Positions 35,970-48,401 of a stretch of DNA of 64,000 nucleotides are shown piece by piece. The notes beneath the pieces are model-generated. The model searched no databases, was not told the DNA's origin, and saw nothing but the letters and a program-made list of their open reading frames with translations. The translations under genes and the position numbers were made by a program. The stretch is from Lingula anatina. Lineage: Eukaryota; Animalia; Brachiopoda. Location of the stretch: the NCBI GenBank assembly GCA_051362555.1, contig CM120642.1, positions 29,078,001-29,142,000 on the forward strand, written 5' to 3'. Numbering within the stretch: position 1 is the stretch's first letter; every line of letters starts with the position of its first letter.

Positions 35970-38203
35970 TAAGTTGTGCTTTCATTTTGGCATACGTGTA
36001 TAAAGCTTGCAACGCAATATGAAATATACACAGATGAATGGAAAAATGATCGAGTCTGAACGTTCAAAGCATTTATTATTGATCGATGGTAAACCTTATT
36101 TTTTAGCTGCAGAGTTTTATAACTGAATACATGGATAATGAATTTCGTGCAACTCCAAAATGAATGACCGTTGGTTTATTTTAACTGTAAAAGGACTCGG
36201 AATCAGAGAAATATCAAAATTTGGCCATTCATACTTTTCAGATGTTACTACACCACGTACATTATATGTTTTACAATCTAACTGCAGAAAATCAAGGAAT
36301 AACGCACAGATGAGAATCCTTAAGAGAAATAAAAATCACCTCTTCCTTTCTCACCTCATCGTATTTTCCTCAGTTGTTACCGCCATCTAGCGGTCAAACG
36401 AATTAACGAGCAAGCGTTTTTTTACACATCGAGGTTTTCATTAACTGCTCAAACACTCTGTCAACAGAGTGGGTTGTTCCTCTGCGACTGACTGATAAGT
36501 TCAAGAGCTCGCATTGTTCTTTTTCACGTAAAGAAATGCCTTGTGAAGGAGTTTGATTATTTCCACCCATGCGTGAAAAGTAATTCCCAACTGAGACTGT
36601 TATTTACTGTCACCGTGGCAAAGGCTAGATGATGAAGGGGACCACACGGGGTTTGAGCTCAGGGAACAGCTTAGATCCACATATACGGCAGTAGATCATA
36701 TTGTGTTAGATCAGAGCTAGTTGCAACGCACCACTTGCTCTCCTGTTTTAAGCCAAATGAGTTTGGTCGGCAAGAAGAAAATTAATTGCTCTACATTATG
36801 CAGTGCTGTATAAACTATGAACAGTATAATTAATATGATCTCGAGTTGTATGACAAATGCACTAACAAGCCTTGCATTGGATAAAGGGATTATTTTATGC
36901 AAAGTTACTGCGTGCAAAGTATTGTCGCTCAAAAGATAAAGACATCTGATGACTGCGCTTTCCGCCATCATTTACGTCCTAATCTTTGCAATTCCTTAGA
37001 ATCCCTAATAATAGCAATCACACGTTAGCAGAAAATTAAACAGAGAACCCTTTCAATCTAGAAACCTTAAGGAAGTGTAAATAATCGTGGTATTTAGAGT
37101 AATTTATAATAATAGCCGTGTCACTGTGATATTTGTCCTTTCACGAATAGCCTTTGGACCAATCGTCATATACCAGTATATAGCTATAGGTATTGCAAAG
37201 TTAAACTTGGAGTCAGCTTAAGATGTGATGCAAGTACCCGTTAAAGCTAACAGGAGGCAAATAATTCGAACAAAGAGCCACTGAGTTCATTGGTAATAGA
37301 GGTTGTGAAAGCAGACCGTGTTTCGTCAGCAGCTCAATTTATTTGTGTTTATTATATTTCGATTGCTGTTGAAAATTGGTTACGCTAGAGTGCAAGCATA
37401 ACAAGCGGGTAATATTCATATATATTGATATCTACGTAAGTGATCGAGGCTCTACGGATTTCAAGAGAACTATTAGTCAAGGTGCGGTAGTTAGGCTGGG
37501 TGGAACTAAGTCCGTTTATGTCACAGCAACACGGGATTTTTAAACAAGTTTGAAACCCAAGCTGAATTTGATTTGTTATGGTTCAAGTTTCAATTGTGTC
37601 TTCAAGTTTTTACGGCATTGATTTCAGAAATTTATAGCAATTTTCGAAATGCTATTTGAAGTGGAGTATTTTTCTGGACACAAATGTAATTGTATCTGAA
37701 GATTGGATAGGGGATCGATTTCATCTTATTAGAGGACGAGTTGACAACTCGAGTGTTTGCAGCGGAGTGCTACGGTTTGAAGGACACCAGTCAAAACGAC
37801 GGTTATCTCCGAACTAACGACATCGAGATTTCGACTTCCCTGGCTACAACAAACGCCACTGTACATCTCAGTTGTCAAGTTCCGAATACCAGTAATTCTT
37901 TGGAAGGAAGCTGCGCTGATCGGACCAAATCTTTTTATTAATCAAGGTAAGCATTTATTGGGTAAATACAGCATATTTCATAAGGGTAGTGCAGCGGTCC
38001 AGCGTCCAGTTTCACTTATACATGTAATTTTCATTTAGAAGTACGTACAGCATTCTGACATTCGTTCTCTGATGAATATTCTGTATTTTGGCGTCTTATT
38101 TTTACGAAGTACAATATAAATAGTTCACTGCTCAACATTTAACCGTTTTCTCGGCTGTAATTTATTTCCCCCGTATCACCCCTGTACGAACACTTAACAC
38201 TAA

Positions 38204-38418
38204 CACCCCATTTCCATAGATTAGATCGACCTACTTTAGATCGACCTAACTCCCAGGGGGTTCACGCTAAATAGCTGTCAGCCGGGCAGACACGAAAGTT
38301 AATTACCCCTTTACAGCTTGTAGTAGGCGGGACGGACATTTAAGTCGGATTATCTGAAAGTAATCTAGTGAGACTCCCCGCGGGGATAGATAGATCTAAA
38401 ATCTATGGGAATAGAGCC
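38204..38418. mobile_element. Second copy of the 31054-31269 MITE family
   Basis: Colinear similarity, e.g. ggggttcacgct, cacgaaagttaattacccc, tagtaggcgggac, aatctagtgag, gatctaaaat. Confidence 0.85.
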
Positions 38419-40508
38419 TTAGGGAGGCTATTACGTTATCGATAAGAAAGCTTTCCGTTCTCTAACAGCTAATTAAATCCCCAAACTTTCTCGATCAAGG
38501 CGAGGAGACCAAGCCACACAGTGCCTACCCGGTTAAGAGGGGTCCAAAATACACTGTATGATGTAAGGGACGTTAATTTATACTTTTAAAACAAAGGTGT
38601 TTCTGTCCAATTGTTTTTTGACGAGATATTGTGAACCCTCCATAGTAAACACTAGCTAATTGCTCTGACTTTAGAACACTTAAACAAACTGTTTTTCTGC
38701 AAGGTAATATTTTTTGCTTGTAGCAAGAAACCAAAACTAATCTCTCAACCTAAACAGTTTATTCTGATTACAACAACATTTAAACAAGTCATATTGCACT
38801 TGCGTCAGCGAGTTTAATTTTGATAAAAATACTCAAGTTTCTGGGAATTAGTTGGCGTCACTGACCGTTAAATGTCAATTAAAACTGTATTTCGTATTCT
38901 TTTAATTGCAATTAATTAACATCAATATAAACTGCGCATATCAGTTCAACTGCACATCTGTGGCTGCAAGGTGATGGCTATATAACTCTATATATATTAA
39001 ATGCACAGAATACTGCTAGGCTGTCAGCGTACATGTATTACATGTATTTCTTCAAAAGGCAAAATTATGTGTTTATTTCAAAAGGCGAAAAGACGGTTTC
39101 GCCCCCGTCCCAGTATTGGGCAACTTTTACTGAAAGAAAAGTCATCATACATGTATAAACTGGAGATGTAAAATAACACCTGAAATAAAACTATACTCAT
39201 CGTTGAGATCTAAGAAGGATGAAAACCAGACACCTAACAACACTGACTGCATTGCGTGAGACGTTAGCCTAGTTTGATGATAGAGGAGGATGGGTGGGGT
39301 GGGGGTGGGGGGCTGTGAAAGGGGTGGAATATTTTCACACCGCCCTCCGTTTTCTTGTGTCTGGATTTTAATCGTTCGTGGTAATTTTCTCTATGAATTA
39401 AAGTAAGCTCTTCAAGTAAAAGCGATCTCACAATTCTAATTCTAACTCCGTGCTTGCATCCCAAATCTTTGCCTTTAAACGGACATATCATTTTTAGTAC
39501 CCATAATTTTGGGGAAAATGAGTTTTTTTTTCAAAAGTGGATATTTTTTAAGAACAGTGTCCCCAAATTTCTTCAGCATAAAATCACACATTATGAATGT
39601 CTAGTAGGCAACGGCACTGTTTTCTGTTTTAATCAGCGTAGACACGTACCCAGTATGAGATCAATTTACCCAGTGAAGTGTATGCAAACCCAAATTAGTA
39701 GAAAATAGCCGCCGTAAATAAATGTTCGTACAAGCCGTGACTTTGAATAGCGAACAGTTTTAATGTCATTGGCTCACAACTAACTAACTTCAACCATGTC
39801 CTTAGCGCTCGTGACTGCATGTAATGATCTAAAGTCTGTACAATATTACCCCGGGGGCGTCAATTAAATGTGAAACAATAACAAATCAACGCTCTTGAAC
39901 CCTGCTAAATTGAAGTCTTTTTCTTTTCAATAAAAATTTACAGAAAAAAACACTTGGTTTGTGACTTACTTTCTTTTGTTTGTTTGAAAAATATAACTTA
40001 GATATAAGGGGGTGTCAAGACTGCAGCTAACGCCCTATCTAAATTTCATGTCTTTTTTTCTAAATGTTACAGCGGTGAAAAAAGTTACAACTTATACCGA
40101 CATTCACTCATGTTTTGTCACGTACAGTATAGCATTAACTGGGACTATTCCGATAAAGTTCAAAACAGCATTTTTCTACTTTCTGAAGTTAACCTTACAT
40201 CGGTTTTGTGAAAACTGGCCTGGTTGCGATTTGACATTTGAAACCAGAAAAGAAAGATTTGAACTTTCTGCGCCACGTCAAAACCCCCCACTGAGAAATA
40301 AGTGCTAACAAGGTGTTATTTTTTTTTCGTATTTAACATCAAAGCATTCATTATCAACGGTCAATTTGATAGAAGGAATGTACTTTTAATCAATCTAGAA
40401 TCGTAAAGGCAAAACTAAAAGGGAATACCGTGTTTGTGAGTTATTACTAGAAAGTAACTTTGAATGGTCTGGAACCATTAAAGATTGTATCCCCCCCCCC
40501 CCCCAAAT

Positions 40509-40512
<4 letters not shown>

Positions 40513-40546
<34 letters not shown>
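40513..40546. repeat. (CA)n microsatellite
   Basis: Directly visible. Confidence 0.95.
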
Positions 40547-40553
<7 letters not shown>

Positions 40554-41425
40554 AGAAACAATTTATGCAATCTCTACCCGGACTTCTCCCCTATCTGTAT
40601 AAATTTCTGGAAGAAGAGCTAAACCGTGGAGTTTGGCCTCCAGTTTGAGAGGACAACTTTTTTTGAAAGAGTTAGTGTCAATTTTTTGGCACTCATGGTT
40701 AGATATAATGCAAGCGTATAGATTAAAAAAAAACTCGACTTGAAATCTGTCATAAAATAGTTTTGCTGGTTCAAAGAAAGGATCATATTTGATTGATGAG
40801 GACATTGCATCACACCTGTAAAGTCAAAGTTTATGCTCCTATTCAGCACATATAGACCATCATAGCTCATTATATAGGCATTAATTTCAGATTAAGTACC
40901 CCTTGACAATTGGCTTAAGGTTGCATTACTCTCGAAGTGGATAAAAGACAGGCGGCGTCCCCGTATATTACTTCTGCCAATATCAATAGTTGTTCACTTG
41001 TACTGTTGCACCTCCCTATTCGCATCATGTGCCGCACACCTGTTTTACATTAAACAACCTTTGTGTTTGTTTGCACAGCCTGCCAAAAGTGTCTCTAACG
41101 ACGTGACAAAACTGATTTTACCTTAAGTTCATCTTTAAAGATACAATATACCCGGTATATTTAAGACGGTAGTGTGTACTGCATGCAAACGAAGCATGTA
41201 CAGTAGTACGGTAATTACCCATTAAACTCGAAACTTCTGAAAATTGAGTCGACTTTCTGACGGAAATGAGTATCTGAAACGATAATTCTCTAAAACACAA
41301 AAACACCAGAAAAAGTAATTATAAAGTATTGGAGAATTTCAAGAAATTCGTGTAACTGCATGCGATACCATGACAGTCACTGTTCTGCTATCTGTGTAAG
41401 ATATAGGTTTACCCTTCATAAAAGA

Positions 41426-41535
41426 TTATGACGTCAGCCTTGGATCAGGTTCCATCAAATTTAATGTGACCACACAGTGTACTGTTATGGCGTCAGCCTT
41501 GGACCAAGTTCCATCAAATTTAATGTGACCACACA
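41426..41535. repeat. Tandem duplication, 59-bp period, 2 copies
   Basis: ttatg(a/g)cgtcagccttgga...ccatcaaatttaatgtgaccacaca at 41426 and 41485. Confidence 0.9.
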
Positions 41536-41705
41536 CTACACTTGTTAAAAACTTGCTAGTTACATCATTTGCTGCCCACACATTTTCTAAGACAATAAAG
41601 TAACTTGCAATTAATTCTACTGTAAAGTGTGCTTTTGAAAAATTATTTTTATTATTACTATTTATATTTATTATATTTATTTTATAATTATAGACGTGAA
41701 ACATC

Positions 41706-43166
41706 ATGACGGAGCATAGTGTCACCTCTGAAGAACGCCTAAAAAATTTAGAAAGAAAAAATCACCAATTACAATCAAAGCTGGATAGCCTCTCAGAATG
41801 GGCTAACCATATAGGATCGACCATTTCGCAGGGAAATGTGGATAAAAAGGTGGAGGAATTAGCGGAGACGTATAAAACTCTTGCTGCTAGTGATGCTAAA
41901 AGACAAGCACAGCCTTCAACCGGTACGGGCAGTGGCTCTCCGAAAATGAAAAGCAAACAAACACAAGATCCAAGATGGCGGCGTTTCCATGCTGCAAGCG
42001 CGTCCCCGAATCCCGAAAAATCATCTACAGATGAACAAAGTTCCACTGTACTTTCTGAACAAAAAAACGTAATTTCAACATCAGGATCAACGTCAGATTT
42101 GAAGGATGAAAATCCACAAAAAATACCAGATGTGACGTCACAAGAGACTCAGCCTCAGGGTCCACGTCAAGACAGCCCACAAACCTCGCGTAAGATTGAG
42201 ACATCTCCGCGTCAAGGCCGTGTGGAACCCAAGAAACAATGTTCCGTGGAAATAATCGTTACAGATTTGACAACTGCGACACCTATAGGCCATACTCGCA
42301 ACGGCGGTGTAGAAATTAGAAACGACGAAGGGCAAATGCGTGTAGGCCTACCGGTAAGATCACGACCACGCAGCAATTCCTTTGATGTGGGAGCAGATAT
42401 GAGACGGCTGCAGCGATATAAAGCACAGGAAGCAAAAATGACCGAGGGCACAAAATTGCCCAAATTACAACCTGTTCGTTCTGCATATTCTGAAGGGTCT
42501 GAATCGCTTTTGCATCCCGAATGGTCCAAGCATTCCTCCATGGCAAGCTCAGATACTAGCTATCTTCATGGTGCTACCCAGAGAAGACGGGCAAGTTCGT
42601 TCGGCGGTATCGAGGTGACAAAGTCGCCAGATGCCTTACGTCGCCGACGGCCAGCGTCTGCGTCTGTGTCTGCCAGGCAGCTGGAAGCGATTGAGGCTCT
42701 TGGGGAAACGAAACTGGAACAGATTCGTCCCCACCGAAAATACGGTGCCAGTCAAGCAGGTGCCATTCCATCTCATCTCCACCCTGAGTTCTTTCATCTT
42801 TACTTTCGCGATAATGCACATGGCTGTAGAGACAAAACCAACGACAGTCACTTTGTTAGGCAACGTTCTCATTCAATGGGTGCTTACGACGCAAAAAATT
42901 ACAGACGGACACATCTGCAAAGAAGCAGGGTCGAGATGGACCCAGATCATCATGGCGTGACGTCAGAATCAGCGCCACCTATACCTGAGTGCAGAATTAT
43001 GTCGTCACTTCGTCCTTCTACAGCGGCCAACACGTTTGAGATACAGACGGGAGAACACGGCCTTGCGTCATGGTGTGGACTGAGTAAGAAAACACTGGGA
43101 CGAATACAGGCACGGCACCATAAGAGCATGGACGCCATACCAAATGATACGCACTCACACAAATGA
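41706..43166 (+). CDS. Uncharacterised, largely disordered protein, 486 aa, paralogue of gene C (gene D)
   Basis: Long ORF after an acceptor at ~41693. Shares the coiled coil, DPRWRRF, VEIxVTDL, LHPEFFHL and the C-terminal IPExR..SSLRPS..GLASWxGxSKK block with gene C. Confidence 0.87.
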   Translation: MTEHSVTSEERLKNLERKNHQLQSKLDSLSEWANHIGSTISQGNVDKKVEELAETYKTLAASDAKRQAQPSTGTGSGSPKMKSKQTQDPRWRRFHAASASPNPEKSSTDEQSSTVLSEQKNVISTSGSTSDLKDENPQKIPDVTSQETQPQGPRQDSPQTSRKIETSPRQGRVEPKKQCSVEIIVTDLTTATPIGHTRNGGVEIRNDEGQMRVGLPVRSRPRSNSFDVGADMRRLQRYKAQEAKMTEGTKLPKLQPVRSAYSEGSESLLHPEWSKHSSMASSDTSYLHGATQRRRASSFGGIEVTKSPDALRRRRPASASVSARQLEAIEALGETKLEQIRPHRKYGASQAGAIPSHLHPEFFHLYFRDNAHGCRDKTNDSHFVRQRSHSMGAYDAKNYRRTHLQRSRVEMDPDHHGVTSESAPPIPECRIMSSLRPSTAANTFEIQTGEHGLASWCGLSKKTLGRIQARHHKSMDAIPNDTHSHK

Positions 43167-44816
43167 AATGTTTTTGCTTTGGGAAGTGAGTGTTGTTTTC
43201 AAAATCAGTGCTGGTAGAGCTTGAAAACGGCAACCGAACACCAAATTATACAGTTTTGTGATCTTTTCAAACTCGTCATCGTCATAAAAAGATTGGCATT
43301 TTGCGTTGCTTTAATTTGGATTTCAGAACAGGTAATTTTACTTTCACCCTGTATAATGATAAAACTAAAAAAAATCCATGTTTCTCTTCCCTTTTTGATG
43401 TGAAACAGTTCTCTGGAACAGGTTTACGATCAAGCTGCGAACCACAAAGTGGAGATTCAAGATTCATATTTCAGTGACTGATAGAAAAGTCTACTCTAAA
43501 GCAATTTCAGTTAATGTTGAGACGCATGAAAACCAATATCAAAAGTTGGTTGTGGCTTTATTTTGAGATCTTAGTTCAAAAATTGTCAATCCACTCTGAT
43601 TCAGGGTAAATCAAAAATGTTCCATTTAAACACGGCAGCTGTCGGTCTAGAGAGATAAGACAGTTCTCACTTTTAGAAAAATAATCATGTTTGAGTACCT
43701 CAAATAAGTATGCTGCTGAAACGAGCTAGTGCCTGAATGAAACGTAACCCTGGGCAGGTTTGAGTTAATTTTTCCAGCAAATTGACACACTTTGACATCG
43801 GACATTTCAAACTATATTTAACCTGAGAGATGAAGTAGAAATGAAGCCTCCTCGAAAATAATAAAATAAAATAAAAAACAAACAAACATACCTTTGTGTA
43901 ATGTACTGAATACATCTGTATATCTTTTATTTATAAGAAATAATTATGATAATTAATAATTTTCTACCGGGTGGGATGGGTATGAGAACATACTGTAACA
44001 ATCTGTGTTTCATTGGATTCTTTGTTATTTTTTTGACAAATCCAATGAAACAACATACACCGACTTATGACTTAATTATATGTATGTCTCCTAGTGAATG
44101 ACAGTGGGTGCGTTTTACTTTGTTTCCTCCTATCATTTGCTGATAACACACAGTCGATACTAGACCAATCATCTTGCTTAAATGACATATGTTGTTATTC
44201 TTGTTATTCACAAATCTCATTCAGCTCCTTACAAAGAATCAAAAACTAATTTTTTAAAATAAAAATTACTCGAGCCGACATAAAAGAACACACACAAAAA
44301 AACAACAGAAAATGACAAAGTTGACATGTGCCCCTTCCCTAACTTTTACAATAAATTCTTTCCGTCTATTGTTTCAATTTATTCAGCTAAGCAAGGCTAG
44401 AGTTATGTCTCCTTGAGTCCACCCAGATAAATCTTGCATCTGCCAGCGAACACTTAATAATATACAGCAGCATGAGCAACTGGTAATGTAAAAGTAATAT
44501 ATAAGCAGTAAATATTTTACGTACATAGATCAATAAACACTGCTAGGATTTTATTTACAAGAAAAATGGGTGCCGTTATTAAAGATAAAATCTTTTCGGG
44601 TGTTTCGTATACATAATTAATTCATAATGTTGACTTTAGACATATCAGGGAATAAACAACTAAGTCACGATTAATAGCCTTCACTTCGCAATTCTAACCG
44701 CCATTCTAATTTCAAGAGGGGACCATTAGTGTGATTTTATTTTTACTAAAATCGAAATCCGGCACTGTATAAGATACAAAACGAACAAGATACGAAAGCA
44801 CGATTTTTTTCTTACC

Positions 44817-47301
44817 TTATTTAACAAAATAACGTTGCATTTTAATCTTCATAACAGCCCAGCGTAATAAAACACTGTCTTTGCCATTTCTCCCGGGCAA
44901 ACCGGAGTGTTTGAACCAGAAAAAGCAATTTGACAAACAGTGCCCCGGAACCGCCATCTTACCAGTAAGAGAGACGCCGGTACATGCATTATACCACCAT
45001 CCACCCTTGAACTTCCGGCTACAGTTCTTATTATTGTCATTGTTAAAGGTATAAAATCTCAGGAGGTGATTATACCGCAACTTATCTGTTAGGTTGCCCT
45101 CAGTAGAATGTGATACGTTTAAAAGGTATTGATCGCCTTCCGAACCAATACGGAAGCGTTCACGGATGTTCCAAAAGTAAGTGTCGGTCAGCATGTCCCT
45201 GACTTCGATCATTAAGGAATAGTTTCCCTGATTGGTAAGATGATGAAAAGCTTCCAATCCCAGCCAATGGTCGCGGGCAATGTTACCAAACCCGTTTTTA
45301 TAAGCTTCCCACGACCTGAAATGCATTTAGATACAGCACTATGAGAACATTTTTTTCTTTCCATCTATACCTGTGTCAACCGGCGCTCACCTTTCAACCG
45401 CAGGGGCGGATCCAGGATTATTTGAAAGGGGGGAGGGGTCTGGAACGACAGGCCTCGAATGCGAAGCCGACCATCACCCCTTTGGTGTGGAGTTTGGGGC
45501 CTGCTAAAGGGCCCCGAAATTTTTTGTTTTGAAGAGCAAACAGTGCCTTATGATTCGGTTAAGAATTACGATTTAGCTAGTCAAAATTCTAATTTCAAGA
45601 ATATTGGTGTGATATGTTTTTTAGAAACTGAAGGGGGGGAAGACCCCCCTGACCCCCCTCTAAATTCGCTACCGATCCGGTCTTCACCACTGAGAAGTGT
45701 TAGTACAGATGGAGTACAACAATTAGTTGGAACAAGTTGTAATGCTACGAACTTCATGACCCATACTCAATGTATCGGAGGACAACACAAATATCAATTA
45801 GAGCTGAGCGCTGCTGAAAGGCACTACATTTATCCTGCCTAAAAGCTCGCCGATATCATAAGTATGCCTATGTCATTTATTGAACAGAAACAAAGCTTGA
45901 ACTTTGGTTAAAAATAAGTCACCTTTGGTTCATTATGCACCAATCTTCATTGGCAAATATAACTAGATTCCGCTCAGTTTTTAACTTAATTTTTCTCAGA
46001 ATCATAGTTCATGGGTTTTTCCGTTTACCTGTTGAAGTCTAATTCCGGACCAGTCCTTCGCATAAGAACCGTCCATCCCCGTTCACAATAAACTTGAATT
46101 GCCTTTCTCATGGAATGAACGTGAATCCAAAACACACCACCATCCAAGTCTGAAATGTAACGGAAATTGACCCATGGCTGTTTCTATAACCATCTAACCA
46201 TCGTATTCTCAAATGAGGCAAATCTTCGTGGTGCCCTTTATCCGGGCACCCTCTTACCACCTGTATCGTACATGTAGTTATTCCTATCTATATTCGCCAT
46301 AGTTTTCACTTTTGTTTCTTTTTTTTCACCGCTTATATCTGACTTTACTTCGATATTGCACTACATGAACTCGCCAACATTTCATGTATAAATTCATATA
46401 GAGTTTGACACTGCTTGATTCTTATTTTCCCATTTTTAATATGAATAAAAAAACTCTGGCCACTCACAAAAACAAACATTTGATAAACGCTTTTCCAGTA
46501 TAGGTTTGAAAAATGGGGATTTTTTTGTTTTGAAATTGCACTTCTATAATTATTTCGACCATTGGGCAAGGAAACATATTGAAAAATATTACTTACTGTA
46601 ATCAGCACAGTCCTTTGGAATCTAAAACAAATACACAGAAATACAAGGTTTTATTTGTCCGCCTGATCCTTTGACCAAGAAATAATAAGTTAAACAAAAA
46701 TACAAAATATGTATTGCAATCATGAAACTGGTTCACCCGGCCCTTAACTGAAGTTTGAAACTTTCAATCAAAACACCTAACTTACCGGGTAGAAGACATC
46801 ACACATAAAACAGGCACACATTCGAACGAAAATAGCAGCAGTACGACGAGTTTGTTTTTTTTTTGTTTTTTTTTTGTGCAAAAGTAATATGAAGGCAGAA
46901 GCTCACAAATCCCACGACACCCCCTCCCTTTTGTACGCTCACTATTTTAAAACTTAGCTTGCCACAAAATGCATATGACCTACCTTCATGTAGTAAGTGC
47001 TTTCAGTATCATCAACAAGAGATGTGGAACTAGTGTCGAACTCTGTACCTGTATTCAATTCACATGTCATATCGTCCAATCTCATGTTAAAAGACTTGCA
47101 CTGGGTATTTTTCTCACAGAGATTGGCACACTCAACACTACTGTTCTGCGTCGTTCTGTCCAAAACAGACCCTGACAGATATTTTCCCCGTTTGAATAGG
47201 AACAATCGTGCATTTGGATGCGAATCTTCCTCTGTAATGTGATTCAGAATGCAGACTGTGCTGCTCATAGCTAAGCATATCACCAGTAATCTTCCTAACA
47301 T
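44817..47301 (-). CDS. Secreted PAN/apple + fibrinogen-C (FReD) protein, copy 1
   Basis: Exons 47301-46984 (signal peptide plus PAN core CANLC...CKSFN...CELN), 46621-46597 (IPKDCADY), 46149-46029 (...VYCERGWTVLMRR...DFNR), 45315-44817 (SWEAYKNGFG...HWLGLE...GGWWY). Phases join in frame. Confidence 0.92.
45401..45673 (+). mobile_element. CAGGGGCGGATCCAGG-family element in intron 3 of FReD copy 1
   Basis: Same termini as the 10722 element; absent from the equivalent site in copy 3. Confidence 0.8.
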
Positions 47302-47837
47302 ATCTGATATGGACTTCTATAATATTTTCGGGTTTAAGAATGATTAAACACTCACGTTTTGTCTCCTATACCTCATATACTCATAATACGACTTTCGCCT
47401 TTCTCCAAACCTCTCGTGATTTTGAATGATAGTTTTTTCGAGATTACACGAGTTAAAATCGAAAATTGACTGTTTGTGTCGTTGATTACCATGGCAAAGC
47501 AATTGTATATACTTGGCAAACAACATAATGTTAGCCGAGCAGAAAGCGTGTAACACGTATAAGTCATGTTCGGCCCTTTTAATAAGTATATTTCACACAA
47601 TTATTGATGTTCTCTCGTGGCGGCAAATGAATACGGCGCGATAATTTACGTATGCTTCTGAATGACATTAAATAACTCAAACATTTGCTTAAAGGAGAAT
47701 TTTGGTTTTAGCATAGAAACTAAGTTCCTCCATGTCAAGCTCATAATACTCTCTGTCCCACCCAGAGGTAGCAGGAAAGAACGGAAATATCAAGGTGACA
47801 AAACGCCCTTTTCTACGAGGCAGTTAGGTGCCATTTT

Positions 47838-48078
47838 GACCCACAAAAATAAAGTTAAGTCGATACCATCTCTTTTCATCTCCACCTTGATTTGTTTCAT
47901 AATTGTTTTGTGTTTATGTACAATTTTAAGGCAAAAAAATTCAATAAAACACATTTAAAAAGGGAAAAAAAGGATTGTGATGATCCTTGCTCGACGTCAG
48001 CATTAGCGCCACCTATACCCGAGTGCAAAATTATGTCGTCAGTTAGTCCTTGTGGTGCGGACAACACTTTTGAGATAT
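47838..48078 (+). pseudogene. Decayed fragment of the 3' part of gene D (or a close paralogue)
   Basis: APPIPECKIMSSVSPCGADNTFEI matches gene D APPIPECRIMSSLRPSTAANTFEI. catctccaccttgatttgtttcat matches the HLHPEFFH codons. The homologous region is shortened by deletion and has no 5' half. Confidence 0.8.
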
Positions 48079-48401
48079 TAAAAAAGAACACAGAGATAAC
48101 ACATGTATTTTAATAGAACTCTTATAGCAGCATGACCTACCGGTGAAATCAAGTAGTATGAAGTACATGACCACAAAATAAGTGTATTTACGTACATCAA
48201 TACACACAGCTATGATTATTCTTTAAAGAAATCTATTCTGCCAATTACGACAACCTTTCTTAATTTTCAATCACAAGTTATTCATCATCAAGTCTAGACT
48301 TGGATAAAAATTTCTATCAGATTGATACTGATGTTAGATATAAAATGAACAAGAGACGAAAGCACGATTTTTTTCTTACATTATTTTACAACAAAACCTC
48401 G

